Shown: one piece after another, positions 34,548 to 43,343 of the stretch
Layout: each line of letters starts with the position of its first letter
How positions within the stretch are numbered: the stretch's first letter is position 1
Assembly (NCBI GenBank): GCA_937897815.1
Contig: CALCNF010000177.1
Location: 1 to 45,100 of the forward strand
DNA length: 45,100 nt
Direction: 5' to 3'
Source of the DNA: an uncultured Pseudomonadota bacterium
GTDB lineage: Bacteria; Myxococcota_A; UBA9042; PHBI01; CALCNF01
Program-made: the position numbers and the translations under genes
Notes under the pieces: generated by a model
Seen by the model: only the letters and a program-made list of their open reading frames with translations
Databases searched by the model: none
What the model was told of the DNA's origin: nothing

Positions 34548-35510
34548 TCAGTCCCCGGGCGTCCAGTCCGGACCGACCAGGCGCGCGCCGCGCGCGTCGA
34601 TGGGGCTCACCCGAGCCACGCTGGGGAGCCCGACCGCGGCGAAGGCCTCCACCATGGCCGCGCCGACGGCCGCGCCCTTCCGTCGCGCGTCGGTCACCGC
34701 GAAGAGCGTCGGCCCAGCCCCGCTGATCCCTCCGCCGACCGCGCCCGCCTCCATCGCGGCCTGCATCACCGACTCAAAGCCGGGTATGAGTTCCTTGCGA
34801 TACGGGGTCGCGAGACGATCCTGGAGGCAGGAGCCGATCCGATCGAGATCCCCCGACGCAAACCCCGAGACCAGGCCGGCCACCCGGCTCATGTTCGCCA
34901 CCACATCCTCAAGGCCATAGCGGTCCGGCATCACCGCGCGGCTCTCCTCGGTGGGGATCTGCATCTCTGGGCTCGCCGTGACGATGACGAGGCCCTCCGC
35001 GACGGGAAGGGAGAGCGCCTCAACGCGCCCCTGCTCGCGCACCACGCAGGCCACGAGACCGCCGAGCAGGGAGGGGGCGACGTTGTCAGGATGAGGAGAC
35101 CCGGTAGCCAGACGCTCCCCCTCCCGGGTCGCGTCGAGTAGCCCGGGGGCGGCGACCTCCGGGCAGATGACCGCGGCCGTGGCCACGGCGGCCGCCACCG
35201 ACGAGGCCGCAGAGCTGCCCAGCCCAGAGCCCGGCGGCAGGCCCTTATGAAGCCACAGCCTCACGCCAGCTCCCGGCCCACCGAATGTGGTGAGCACGGC
35301 CTGCGCGGCCGCGCCTACGCAGTTGTCCTGAGCGGAGCGAGGCAGAGCGCCGTCATCACCCGTGATGTCGACCAGGGTCACGAGTCCGTCTTCGGTCCGC
35401 TCGGCCTCCACCTGATCGTAGGGGCCATCAAGAGCGAGGCCCAGGACGTCAAAGCCAGGACCGATGTTGGCCACCGTCGCGGGGGCGATGGCGCGAACCC
35501 GATCCTTCAT
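34548..35510 (-). CDS. thrB: Homoserine kinase
   Basis: N-terminus APATVANIGPGFDVLGLAL and the GHMP kinase motif GLPPGSGLGSSAASSVAAAVA. ATG at 35510 forms an ATGA overlap with the stop of the upstream small ORF. Confidence 0.9.
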   Translation of the reverse strand: MKDRVRAIAPATVANIGPGFDVLGLALDGPYDQVEAERTEDGLVTLVDITGDDGALPRSAQDNCVGAAAQAVLTTFGGPGAGVRLWLHKGLPPGSGLGSSAASSVAAAVATAAVICPEVAAPGLLDATREGERLATGSPHPDNVAPSLLGGLVACVVREQGRVEALSLPVAEGLVIVTASPEMQIPTEESRAVMPDRYGLEDVVANMSRVAGLVSGFASGDLDRIGSCLQDRLATPYRKELIPGFESVMQAAMEAGAVGGGISGAGPTLFAVTDARRKGAAVGAAMVEAFAAVGLPSVARVSPIDARGARLVGPDWTPGD

Positions 35511-35845
35511 GAGCACTGATCCTCGAGTCGCGGGAGCTCGGCCGGAACGGCGACGAGCGGCGCGCCGCCGCTCGGGCTCTCGATGACGAGGAGCTCCTGG
35601 TTTTCTGTGGGCCCGTCCTCCATGTCCTCAAACCTGGCAGGCAGGACATGCTCGCGGCCGTCGGGCCCCTTCACCTTGAGCCTCCACTTACCTTTCACCC
35701 GCACGGCCCTCGCGACGCAGCCGACGAGCTCCGGAGGCGGCCCCTCAGGCTCCTTGTCGATTCGGCGGCGCGCCCGGTCCTCCCACACGAGATAGGCGGG
35801 GACAGCGAACAAGCCGGTCAACAACAACCAGAACACGGGGGACAT
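35507..35845 (-). CDS. Small membrane-anchored hypothetical protein (112 aa)
   Basis: N-terminal TM helix MSPVFWLLLTGLFAVPAYLVW followed by a charged, beta-looking domain. Its stop is translationally coupled (ATGA) to thrB. No family recognised; the layout is faintly NfeD-like. Confidence 0.5.
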   Translation of the reverse strand: MSPVFWLLLTGLFAVPAYLVWEDRARRRIDKEPEGPPPELVGCVARAVRVKGKWRLKVKGPDGREHVLPARFEDMEDGPTENQELLVIESPSGGAPLVAVPAELPRLEDQCS

Positions 35846-36008
35846 GACGCAGAGGCCTCACTCGCGGGGCGTTGGACCAGCGCCCCTCCCGTCAAGGTAG
35901 TCGGGAGCGCGCTCGACGTCCATGGAGCACGACCATTCATTGACACGGAGACCCAACCAGCCGTAAGTACGCCCGCGCTCTTCCACACCTCTGACGGGAG
36001 ACTTTCCG

Positions 36009-36743
36009 GTGTCGGACACGAATAGCAGCCCCAACGCTTCGATCCTCATTCCTGTCTACAATGAGGAAGTCCTCGTAACGACCGCGGTCGAGCAGCTGAT
36101 CGATGAGCTGGCGAGTCGACTCCCTGATCTCACCTACGAGATCCTCGTGACCGAGAACGGCTCCTCGGATCGTACCCTGGAGTTGGCCTACGAGCTGGAG
36201 AAGCGCTTTGAGGCCGTGAGAGCCATCCACAGCCCTGAGCCCAACTACGGCCTTGCGCTGCGCCGAGCCATGCTCGAGGCGCGAGGCACCTATGTCCTGT
36301 GCGATGAGATCGACATCTGTGACGTCGACTTCCACGCGCGGGCCCTTGAGATCCTGATGGCCGGAGAGGCCGATCTCGTCATCGGCTCCAAGGCTCACGC
36401 CGACGCCCAGGACAAGCGCCCGGTCCTTCGCCGCACGGCGACCCTCGTCCTCAACGGCATGCTCCGGGTCCTCCTCGGGTTCACCGGGACGGACACCCAC
36501 GGACTGAAGGCCTTCAATCGAGAGCGCCTCCTTCCTGTCGTCAGCATGTGCATCGTCGACAAGGACATCTTCGCCTCCGAGTTCGTGATCCGCTCAGAGC
36601 GGCAGAAATACACCCTCGTCGAGATCCCCGTGACCATCGAGGAGAAGCGACCGCCCTCCATCAACCTCTTCAAGCGCGTTCCGCACGTGCTCAAGAGCCT
36701 CGCCCGGCTGACGTGGGCGATTCGAGTGGCGAAGCGGTCATGA
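36009..36743 (+). CDS. Family 2 glycosyltransferase (polyprenol-phosphate sugar transferase-like)
   Basis: ASILIPVYNEE N-terminal GT2 signature, TENGSSDRT, and CDEIDICD (DxD-like). GTG start at 36009. No C-terminal TM helices. Confidence 0.88.
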   Translation: MSDTNSSPNASILIPVYNEEVLVTTAVEQLIDELASRLPDLTYEILVTENGSSDRTLELAYELEKRFEAVRAIHSPEPNYGLALRRAMLEARGTYVLCDEIDICDVDFHARALEILMAGEADLVIGSKAHADAQDKRPVLRRTATLVLNGMLRVLLGFTGTDTHGLKAFNRERLLPVVSMCIVDKDIFASEFVIRSERQKYTLVEIPVTIEEKRPPSINLFKRVPHVLKSLARLTWAIRVAKRS

Positions 36744-37642
36744 GCTCGCGCGCCGCGGCCGTGAACGTCGACGTAGACAGCCTCTACCTGTACTACCGTC
36801 TGCACGGCTTCGAGGAAGACGACGCGAACAACGCGGTCTGGACCAGAGGCGTGCGACGCTTCGCTGAGCTCTTTGACGAGCTCGACGTCCGCGGGACCTT
36901 CTTCGTCGTCGCGGCGGATCTGGAGCGCTGGCCCGAGGCTCGCGAGGTCGCCACAGAGCTCGTGGAGGCCGGCCATGAGCTCGGCAGTCACACCTACTCG
37001 CATCCCTACGACTTCACACGCCGCTCGGACGCTGAGATCGAGGATGAGCTCAAGCGCTCTCACGACGTGATCAGCGAGCTGGTCGGCCGACCCATTCAGG
37101 GGTTTCGAGCCCCTGGATATACGATCACGGCCCCGATCCTCGAGCGAATGGAGGGACTCGGGTACACCTACGACAGCTCCCTGTTTCCCTGCCCGCCCTA
37201 CTACCTGGCGAAGGCCTCAGTCATGGGCATGATGCGCCTGCGGGGACGGCGCTCGGAGGCCATCCTGGATCGCCCGTCGATCATGTGGCAGCGGCGCACG
37301 CCGCACTGGCGCTCGGGAATCCGTGAGCTGCCCATCACCGTGCTCCCTGGCCTGCGACCACCCTTCATCGGCACGAGCCTCTTGATGATGGGCCGTTCGG
37401 GCTATCGAGCGATCCGTCCCTGGGTGCGATCGACCTCCTTCGTGAACCTGGAGTTCCACGGGATCGATCTGTGCGACCTCGAGATCGACGGCATCGACCC
37501 CGTCCTGCTCAAGCAGCCCGATCTCCGGGTCCCCCTGGCGGACAAGCTCGCCCTGTTCCGTGAGGTGATCACCGACCTGCGGGACGGCTGGAACCTGGAC
37601 ACTCTGGAGAACCTGGCCCCGACCCTGGTCCCCGCCTCCTGA
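36740..37642 (+). CDS. Polysaccharide deacetylase family (CE4/NodB-homology; ArnD-like layout)
   Basis: VNVDVDSL..., RGTFFVVAADLE, and GHELGSHTYSHP (NodB His motif). ATG at 36740 overlaps the GT2 stop (ATGA). The track ORF from 36548 is an out-of-context extension. Confidence 0.85.
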   Translation: MSSRAAAVNVDVDSLYLYYRLHGFEEDDANNAVWTRGVRRFAELFDELDVRGTFFVVAADLERWPEAREVATELVEAGHELGSHTYSHPYDFTRRSDAEIEDELKRSHDVISELVGRPIQGFRAPGYTITAPILERMEGLGYTYDSSLFPCPPYYLAKASVMGMMRLRGRRSEAILDRPSIMWQRRTPHWRSGIRELPITVLPGLRPPFIGTSLLMMGRSGYRAIRPWVRSTSFVNLEFHGIDLCDLEIDGIDPVLLKQPDLRVPLADKLALFREVITDLRDGWNLDTLENLAPTLVPAS

Positions 37643-37680
37643 GCGGCTCCGACCCGAGCGCGCTCCGCGCGGCCATCCTG

Positions 37681-38226
37681 GTGGGAGGAACGAGCGAGCG
37701 AATGGGCGCTCCCAAGGCGACCCTGTGCCCGGGAGGTGAAGAGCCTCTCCTCGACCGGATCCATCGGGCCATCAGGCAGGCCGACCTGCCCGTCACCCTC
37801 GTGGGTGAAGGTCCGATCACCGAAGGGGCCTCGCGGCTCAAGCGCATCCCGGATCGACCCGGGATTCCAGGTCCCCTCGGGGGGATCCTGGCCGCCGTAA
37901 ACCATGATCCATCCGCGTCCTGGCTCGTCTTCGCCTGCGATCTGGCGCTCCTGAAGCCGGCCGCGATCCGCTGGTTGATCGACCAGCGGCGCGAGGACCA
38001 CATCGCCGTCGTGCCTCGGCTCTCCGAGCGCCGCGTCGAGCCCCTCTTCGCCGTCTATGAGCCCGGCGCTCGGGAACTCCTCGAGGCCATCGCCCTCGAC
38101 GGCCCTCCGGCCCCCAGGCGCCTCGCGGGCTTGCCCGGGGTCGTCACACCGGAGCCCCCGGCCGAGATCCGAGCGTGCTGGACAAACGTGAACACCCCCG
38201 AGGACCTTGAGGGCCTCGAACTGTAG
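37681..38226 (+). CDS. mobA: Molybdenum cofactor guanylyltransferase MobA-like nucleotidyltransferase
   Basis: GGTSERMGAPKATL, GPLGGILAAV, ACDLALL, EPLFAVY and NVNTPEDL all match the MobA family. The first canonical start (GTG 37681) truncates the conserved ILxGG strand. An in-frame CTG at 37639 overlapping the upstream stop would restore it (see findings). Confidence 0.85.
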   Translation: MGGTSERMGAPKATLCPGGEEPLLDRIHRAIRQADLPVTLVGEGPITEGASRLKRIPDRPGIPGPLGGILAAVNHDPSASWLVFACDLALLKPAAIRWLIDQRREDHIAVVPRLSERRVEPLFAVYEPGARELLEAIALDGPPAPRRLAGLPGVVTPEPPAEIRACWTNVNTPEDLEGLEL

Positions 38227-38298
38227 GCAACCGCCCCCCTGCGAGGCTATCCTGCTGCGCAACCGAACGGCACCTGAGCACCTGGAGAGATCCCCAAC

Positions 38299-39867
38299 GT
38301 GAGCCGCTCCTCCAAACCACGAGCCCTGTCCCGCGCTGAGCAGCGACGGGAGCGCGAGGCCAAGGGCCGCCTCCGAGGCGCCGCCTGGCGAAAGGCCATG
38401 CTCGCTGAGGAGCGAGGCACGATCTTCGGTGAGGCCCCCACCCGCGTCGGCCTCTGCTACCCGAACCCGTACCGGGTCGCCATGAGCTCTCTCGGCTACC
38501 AGGTGATCTACCGGATGTTCAACGAGCACCCGACCCTGTGCGCCGAGCGGATCGTCCTCGACGACGAGGCCGCCAACGGCGGTCGTCTTCGAGAGCCGCC
38601 GCGTTCCCTGGAGCAGGGCCGCCTCCTCTCTGACTTTGACCTCCTCGCCTTCTCCGTCTCCTTCGATCTCGACATCATGGGGATCTTCGCCATGTTGGAG
38701 GCGGCCGGTATCCCGGCGCTCAGGTCCGAGCGAGGACCCAGCGATCCTCCGATTCTCCTCGGAGGTCCGGTCACCGCGTCGAACACCCTGCCGTTCGGAC
38801 CGTTCATCGATCTCGCCGTGATCGGGGATGGAGAGCGGGCCGTCGAGGCCCTGATGGAGCTCCTGGCCCAGGACCTGGACCGCGCTTCGCTCCTGGCCGC
38901 CGCCGCAACGATCGACGGGGTGTGGGTTCCCGAGCTTCACGGGGACGCCGTGCCCGCCACCCAGAAGGTGAGCGCGGGCGTCCTGCCCGCCTACGGCCAG
39001 ATCGTCACGCCGAACGCCGAGCTGTCGAACATGTTCCTGGTCGAGGCGAGCCGAGGCTGCCCACGTTTCTGTAAATTCTGCCTCGTTCGGGCGCCCGAGA
39101 GCCCCATGCGTGAATCCGAGCTCGAGCGGGTCATGGAGCGCATCCCGGATCACGCGACCCGCGTCGGCTTCGTCGGCGCCGCGGTGAGCGAGTGGACGGG
39201 GATCCGAGACGCGCTGCGCGCCGTGGTCGAGAGCGGACGTGGAGTCGGCGTCTCGAGCCTCCGAGCCGATCGCCTCGATGATGAGTTCGTCGGTCTCCTC
39301 GCCCGGGGAGGCTACCGCACCATGACCGTCGCCGCCGACGCGCCGAGCCAACGACTGCGCAACAAGATGGCCAAGGCGATACGCACCCGACACCTGGTCG
39401 AGGCGGCCCACCTGGCCCGGGCGGCCGGGATGAACCGGCTGAAGCTCTACGTGATCATCGGGATCCCCGGAGAGACCGATGAGGACATCGACGAGCTCAT
39501 CGAGCTGTCGAAGGAGCTGGCCGCCATCCTCCCCCTCGCCCTAGGACTCTCGCCGCTGGTTCCCAAGCTTCACACCCCTCTGGGAGACGCCCCCTTCGCC
39601 GGTATCGCGACGATTCAGCGCACGCTGACGCGCCTACGGAAGGCTCTCGGAGGCGTCGCTGACGTTCGATCGGCCTCAGGCCGCTGGGCCTGGATCGAGT
39701 ACCGTATGAGCCAGGGCGGTCAGGACGCGGGTCTGGCGGCGCGCGAAGCCTGGGAGCACGGAGGCCGCTTCACCCACTTCAAGTCAGCGTTCCAGAGCGT
39801 GGAGGAGAGAGGGGCCCTTCGACTCGCCAACGAGCACGCGCTCTTTCGGGCCGCCGGGATGCGCTAG
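38299..39867 (+). CDS. B12-binding-domain-like radical SAM protein (TIGR03960-like, uncharacterised function)
   Basis: Radical SAM cluster motif EASRGCPRFCKFC. The N-terminal CYPNPYRVAMSSLGYQVIY is typical of this uncharacterised radical SAM family as I recall it. GTG start at 38299 after GGAGAGA. Confidence 0.85.
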   Translation: MSRSSKPRALSRAEQRREREAKGRLRGAAWRKAMLAEERGTIFGEAPTRVGLCYPNPYRVAMSSLGYQVIYRMFNEHPTLCAERIVLDDEAANGGRLREPPRSLEQGRLLSDFDLLAFSVSFDLDIMGIFAMLEAAGIPALRSERGPSDPPILLGGPVTASNTLPFGPFIDLAVIGDGERAVEALMELLAQDLDRASLLAAAATIDGVWVPELHGDAVPATQKVSAGVLPAYGQIVTPNAELSNMFLVEASRGCPRFCKFCLVRAPESPMRESELERVMERIPDHATRVGFVGAAVSEWTGIRDALRAVVESGRGVGVSSLRADRLDDEFVGLLARGGYRTMTVAADAPSQRLRNKMAKAIRTRHLVEAAHLARAAGMNRLKLYVIIGIPGETDEDIDELIELSKELAAILPLALGLSPLVPKLHTPLGDAPFAGIATIQRTLTRLRKALGGVADVRSASGRWAWIEYRMSQGGQDAGLAAREAWEHGGRFTHFKSAFQSVEERGALRLANEHALFRAAGMR

Positions 39868-40991
39868 GGAGCGAGCTCGAGGAGGAGAGAGTCGAGGATC
39901 AGGACGTGGTCGGGATGAATCCGAAGTCGTGACCCCATGGCCTCCAGACATCCTCGCGCCTCAAGGTCCTCGAAGCGGGCGCCGGTCGCGGCTTGAAGCC
40001 AGCCACGCTCCACCCCTCGCTCCAGATCGCGAAGCCCCGTCATGACGCGCTCCCACGCCCAGACCTCATCCGAGATCCGCTCGCTCTCGGCCTCGGGATC
40101 ACCCGCCATGCACGCCTCCATGTATCGACTGGGGCGGCGGTGATTGACCCAGCGACGCTGATCGAGGAGGCCGTGAGCCGCCGCGCCCACCCCGAGATAG
40201 GGATGTCCGTGCCAATAGGCGCGATTATGAACCGCCTCGCGACCGGGCCGAGCGTAGCTGGAGACCTCGTAATGGGACCAACCTGAATCGCCGAGGAGAA
40301 GGCGCGCTTCCTCGAACAGCTCCGCGCTCCGATCGTCGTCGACGGGCGGATAGGCTCCGTCATCGATCAGGCGCTCCAGACGCGTCCGTGGCTCGACGGT
40401 CAGGCCGTAGATGGAGAGGTGATCAACGCCCAACTCCAGGGCGATCCCCAGCTCCTCGCGCCACGAGGAGAGGTCCTGGCCTGGCGTGGCGAAGATCAGG
40501 TCGATGCTCACGTCCGAGACCCCCGAGTCCCGCGCGATGACGACCGCGTCGGCCGCCCCTCGGGCGTCGTGACCTCGATCAAGGTGCTGCAGTCGCTCAT
40601 CGAGGAGCGACTGCACCCCGAGCGAGAGCCGGTTCACCCCGACCTCCACGTAGGCCGACAGTCGCGCTCGATCCACGTCCTCGGGGTTCAGCTCCAGGGT
40701 GATCTCGGCGCCGTCGATGAGCCCGTGCTGGGTTCGCGCGGTCTCGATGACCGTTCCAACATGGTCGGGCTCCCAGAGGCTCGGCGTCCCGCCTCCGAAG
40801 TAGAGGGTCTGGGCGTCCTGTGGGAGCGATCCGGACCGGAGCTCAAGCTCGTGGAGGATCGCCCGCGTGTACTCCTCCTGGGGGATACGCTCGGGCGTGA
40901 CGAGGGCGAAGTCGCAGTAGTGACAACGATGACGGCAATAGGGGAAGTGGATGTAGATGCCGCCGCTCTGCTCGGGCTTTATCCGCTCCAC
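39864..40991 (-). CDS. hemW: Radical SAM heme chaperone HemW / oxygen-independent coproporphyrinogen oxidase-like
   Basis: IYIHFPYCRHRCHYCDF (CxxxCxxC), YFGGGTPS, and the HemN-family layout at about 375 aa. GTG start at 40991 overlaps the upstream stop (TAGTG). Confidence 0.88.
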   Translation of the reverse strand: MERIKPEQSGGIYIHFPYCRHRCHYCDFALVTPERIPQEEYTRAILHELELRSGSLPQDAQTLYFGGGTPSLWEPDHVGTVIETARTQHGLIDGAEITLELNPEDVDRARLSAYVEVGVNRLSLGVQSLLDERLQHLDRGHDARGAADAVVIARDSGVSDVSIDLIFATPGQDLSSWREELGIALELGVDHLSIYGLTVEPRTRLERLIDDGAYPPVDDDRSAELFEEARLLLGDSGWSHYEVSSYARPGREAVHNRAYWHGHPYLGVGAAAHGLLDQRRWVNHRRPSRYMEACMAGDPEAESERISDEVWAWERVMTGLRDLERGVERGWLQAATGARFEDLEARGCLEAMGSRLRIHPDHVLILDSLLLELAP

Positions 40992-42310
40992 TATCGCGTG
41001 TAGACCTCGACGTTCTCAGGCAGCTTCGACTCATCGAAGGTCCCGAGAAAGTCCGGTCCGCTGACGGCGAAGATACGCTCGGGCACCCCGTCGACCTGGT
41101 CGACCACGACGAACGAGGCCGGCTGCTTGAAGTCGACGCCTGACAGAGAGCCACCCGGTCCCGCGAGGGCCCCGACGCTCACGACGGGAAGCGCCCCATA
41201 TCTCCCCTTGAAGTACACGCGATACCCCGCAGAGAACAGGGCCGTCACGCGGCTCCGTAAGAAGATCTCATAGAGTCGAAAACGCTTATCGAGGCTCCCC
41301 ACGTGGAGGTCTCCGAACTTGTGCAGTGGGAGGTGACTGATCACGTAGCGGGCCTCGTAGATCCGAGATTGTCCCAGCTGATCACGCATCCAGCGCAAGG
41401 TCTCCTCGGAGACCCCATCCGCTCCCGCACCGAAGACCAAAAAGAAGGCCCCCTGGCTGGTAAACGTGTACCGCTCCGGATAGTGAGCGCCGTCGAGGAG
41501 CTGGAGACGCGCAGACGGGACCTTCGCTCCAGATTCTCGGTCCGCCGGTGAGAGGGCCGTCACCAGAGGGATCTCCGCTCGCTCTAGAGGAGCGACGACG
41601 CCCTCCTCAAAGTCCTTCCACTGGGTCGCGTCAGCCTTTGCCGTGACCATGCCGCCTGCGTGGATCACGAGGCCAGGACCGACGGCCTTCACCAGTTGGA
41701 GCGGACCCGCTGTGACGTCCTTGTGAACGCCTCCTTCGGCCGCGCTGTCGGCGAGGATCGCCATGCGCAGATTCGCGGCGCCAACAGGGGGAGGAGCCGG
41801 GAGGCCGCCCACGGATCCTGGCTGCTTTGAAGCCTCTTTCTTGCCGAAGCTCGGATCGACAGAGAGGCGCTCAAGGGGCACGGTCCGGGTCGACTTGTTG
41901 GTCCAATCTCCGTCCGTGACGATCAGGGTGACGAGCTGATCGGCCTGTCCCCCATGGAAGGTGTGGGAGACCTCACAGCCCTCGACGGTGGGGCTACCAT
42001 CGCCAAAATTCCAGCGACAGGTCGCCTTGGGACGCTCCTTGAGGGCGTCGACCGCCGAGAGGACCACGGCGGTGGCGCGAAAGACCTGGAGCTCCGGAGG
42101 GGAGAAGGTCCAGGCGACCGGGACCTCAGGCCTCTCTGCGGACGGCTCAAGGATCGCGGGACTGGAGGCCATCAATGCGCCCCGAATCCCATTGAGGCCC
42201 GCTCCGACCACCTCAGGCATCTCCTCAGGGGACGCGGGACTGGGGCTCGTATCCCCGCAAGCACACAGGGTGAGGAGCGACAGCGCGACGATGGTCTTCG
42301 TGAAGGTCAT
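40991..42310 (-). CDS. PKD-domain lipoprotein with degenerate metallophosphoesterase-like C-terminal region
   Basis: ATG at 42310 gives MTFTKTIVALSLLTLCACG, which contains a lipobox. PKD-like CRWNFGDGSPTVEGCEVSHTF...VTLIVTDGD. The later AILADSA...VIHAGGMV...YVISHLPLH resembles calcineurin-like phosphoesterase strands but lacks the canonical GDxH/GNHE residues. Confidence 0.7.
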   Translation of the reverse strand: MTFTKTIVALSLLTLCACGDTSPSPASPEEMPEVVGAGLNGIRGALMASSPAILEPSAERPEVPVAWTFSPPELQVFRATAVVLSAVDALKERPKATCRWNFGDGSPTVEGCEVSHTFHGGQADQLVTLIVTDGDWTNKSTRTVPLERLSVDPSFGKKEASKQPGSVGGLPAPPPVGAANLRMAILADSAAEGGVHKDVTAGPLQLVKAVGPGLVIHAGGMVTAKADATQWKDFEEGVVAPLERAEIPLVTALSPADRESGAKVPSARLQLLDGAHYPERYTFTSQGAFFLVFGAGADGVSEETLRWMRDQLGQSRIYEARYVISHLPLHKFGDLHVGSLDKRFRLYEIFLRSRVTALFSAGYRVYFKGRYGALPVVSVGALAGPGGSLSGVDFKQPASFVVVDQVDGVPERIFAVSGPDFLGTFDESKLPENVEVYTR

Positions 42311-42386
42311 CGCGTCGAGCCTACGTCTCCAGATCCGCGCTGGCAAAGAATGGGCGCGACCGCGCGCGCGCGTCGTCCCCTCCCGT

Positions 42387-43343
42387 TCAGAAGTGCTCGA
42401 ACGGGCGAGGCTCCAACGCTACCGGACGTCCAGATCGCTCCCAACGAATCGTGGGCTCGTCAGCCGCCATATGGGCCACACCGACGGTCGTGAAGCCGCG
42501 CGCCTCAAAGGCCTCCCGCGACCCGGCGGGGACCAGAGCCAGGAGCTCGTGCTCTTCGCCGCCCGCGAGCCGTCCCTCAACATCAAGCTCGACCCCTGCC
42601 GGCAGGGGAGGCAGACGCTCGACGTCGACCACCAGGTCAACACCGGAGGCCACAGCGAGGCGCTGACCGTCGCGGGCGAGGCCATCGGAGAGGTCCATGG
42701 CCGCGTGGGCGCCCCGGGAGAGAGCCCACTGACCTGCCATGAGATCCGGCTGGGGACGCAGATGGGCCAGGATCGCGGGATCGCGCGTGTCTGGCGGCGC
42801 CGAACCCCACTCCGCTGGCGGCGCGCTGGACCATCGCTCCCATCCGGCGCGTGAGAGCCCTGGGACGCCCATCAACATCACGAGATCTCCAGGCTCGCCT
42901 CCCGAGCGAGCCAGGTGCTCGTTCCCGGCGAGCGCGCCCCAGGCCGTCATCGAGAACATCACCCGATCGGGGCTGGCGGTGACGTCGCCACCTACGACGA
43001 CCACGCCTGCTGCGCGGCTCGCGGAGCCGAGCCCCTCACAGAAGGCGAGCCACCAATCCGAGGGCGCCTCCTGGGGCAGGCTCACCGAGAGCGTGAAGGC
43101 CTCGGGCGTCGCCCCCATGGCGCTCACGTCGGCCAGGTTGGCGGCCAGGAGCTTCTCCGCGAGCCAGGCTGGTGGGTGGGCTCGAAGAAAGTGAACGCCC
43201 TCCACGTAGGTGTCGGTCGTGATCACACGACGACCCGACCCGGGGCTCGCCTCGAGGACCGCCGCGTCGTCTCCGGGGCCGAAGGGCAGAGGTTCGTGGG
43301 GCACCCGGTCGAGCAGCGCGGCGATCAGCGACTCTTCTTTCAT
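42387..43343 (-). CDS. thiL: Thiamine-monophosphate kinase
   Basis: FGPGDDAAVL...ITTDTYVEGVHF and the AIR-synthase-like fold segments (ANLADVSAMGA, GGDV). ATGA overlap with the upstream gene stop. Confidence 0.9.
   Translation of the reverse strand: MKEESLIAALLDRVPHEPLPFGPGDDAAVLEASPGSGRRVITTDTYVEGVHFLRAHPPAWLAEKLLAANLADVSAMGATPEAFTLSVSLPQEAPSDWWLAFCEGLGSASRAAGVVVVGGDVTASPDRVMFSMTAWGALAGNEHLARSGGEPGDLVMLMGVPGLSRAGWERWSSAPPAEWGSAPPDTRDPAILAHLRPQPDLMAGQWALSRGAHAAMDLSDGLARDGQRLAVASGVDLVVDVERLPPLPAGVELDVEGRLAGGEEHELLALVPAGSREAFEARGFTTVGVAHMAADEPTIRWERSGRPVALEPRPFEHF

Noticed and set aside
35866-35886. GC-rich hairpin GGGGCG-N9-CGCCCC in the divergent region before the GT2 gene
   Set aside because: There is no U-tract, and no upstream gene on either strand reads into it. 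It is most likely incidental dyad symmetry.
37402-39411. 669-aa minus-strand ORF, the longest unannotated ORF in the window
   Set aside because: It lies antisense to three well-supported plus-strand genes (deacetylase, mobA-like, radical SAM). Its composition is Arg/Gly/Ala/Glu-rich with no recognisable motifs. This is the typical shadow ORF of a high-GC genome.
42361-42372. Alternating (CG)6 run in the thiL/lipoprotein intergenic region (Z-DNA-prone)
   Set aside because: It is short and expected by chance at this GC content. There is no flanking structure or repeat to suggest a function.
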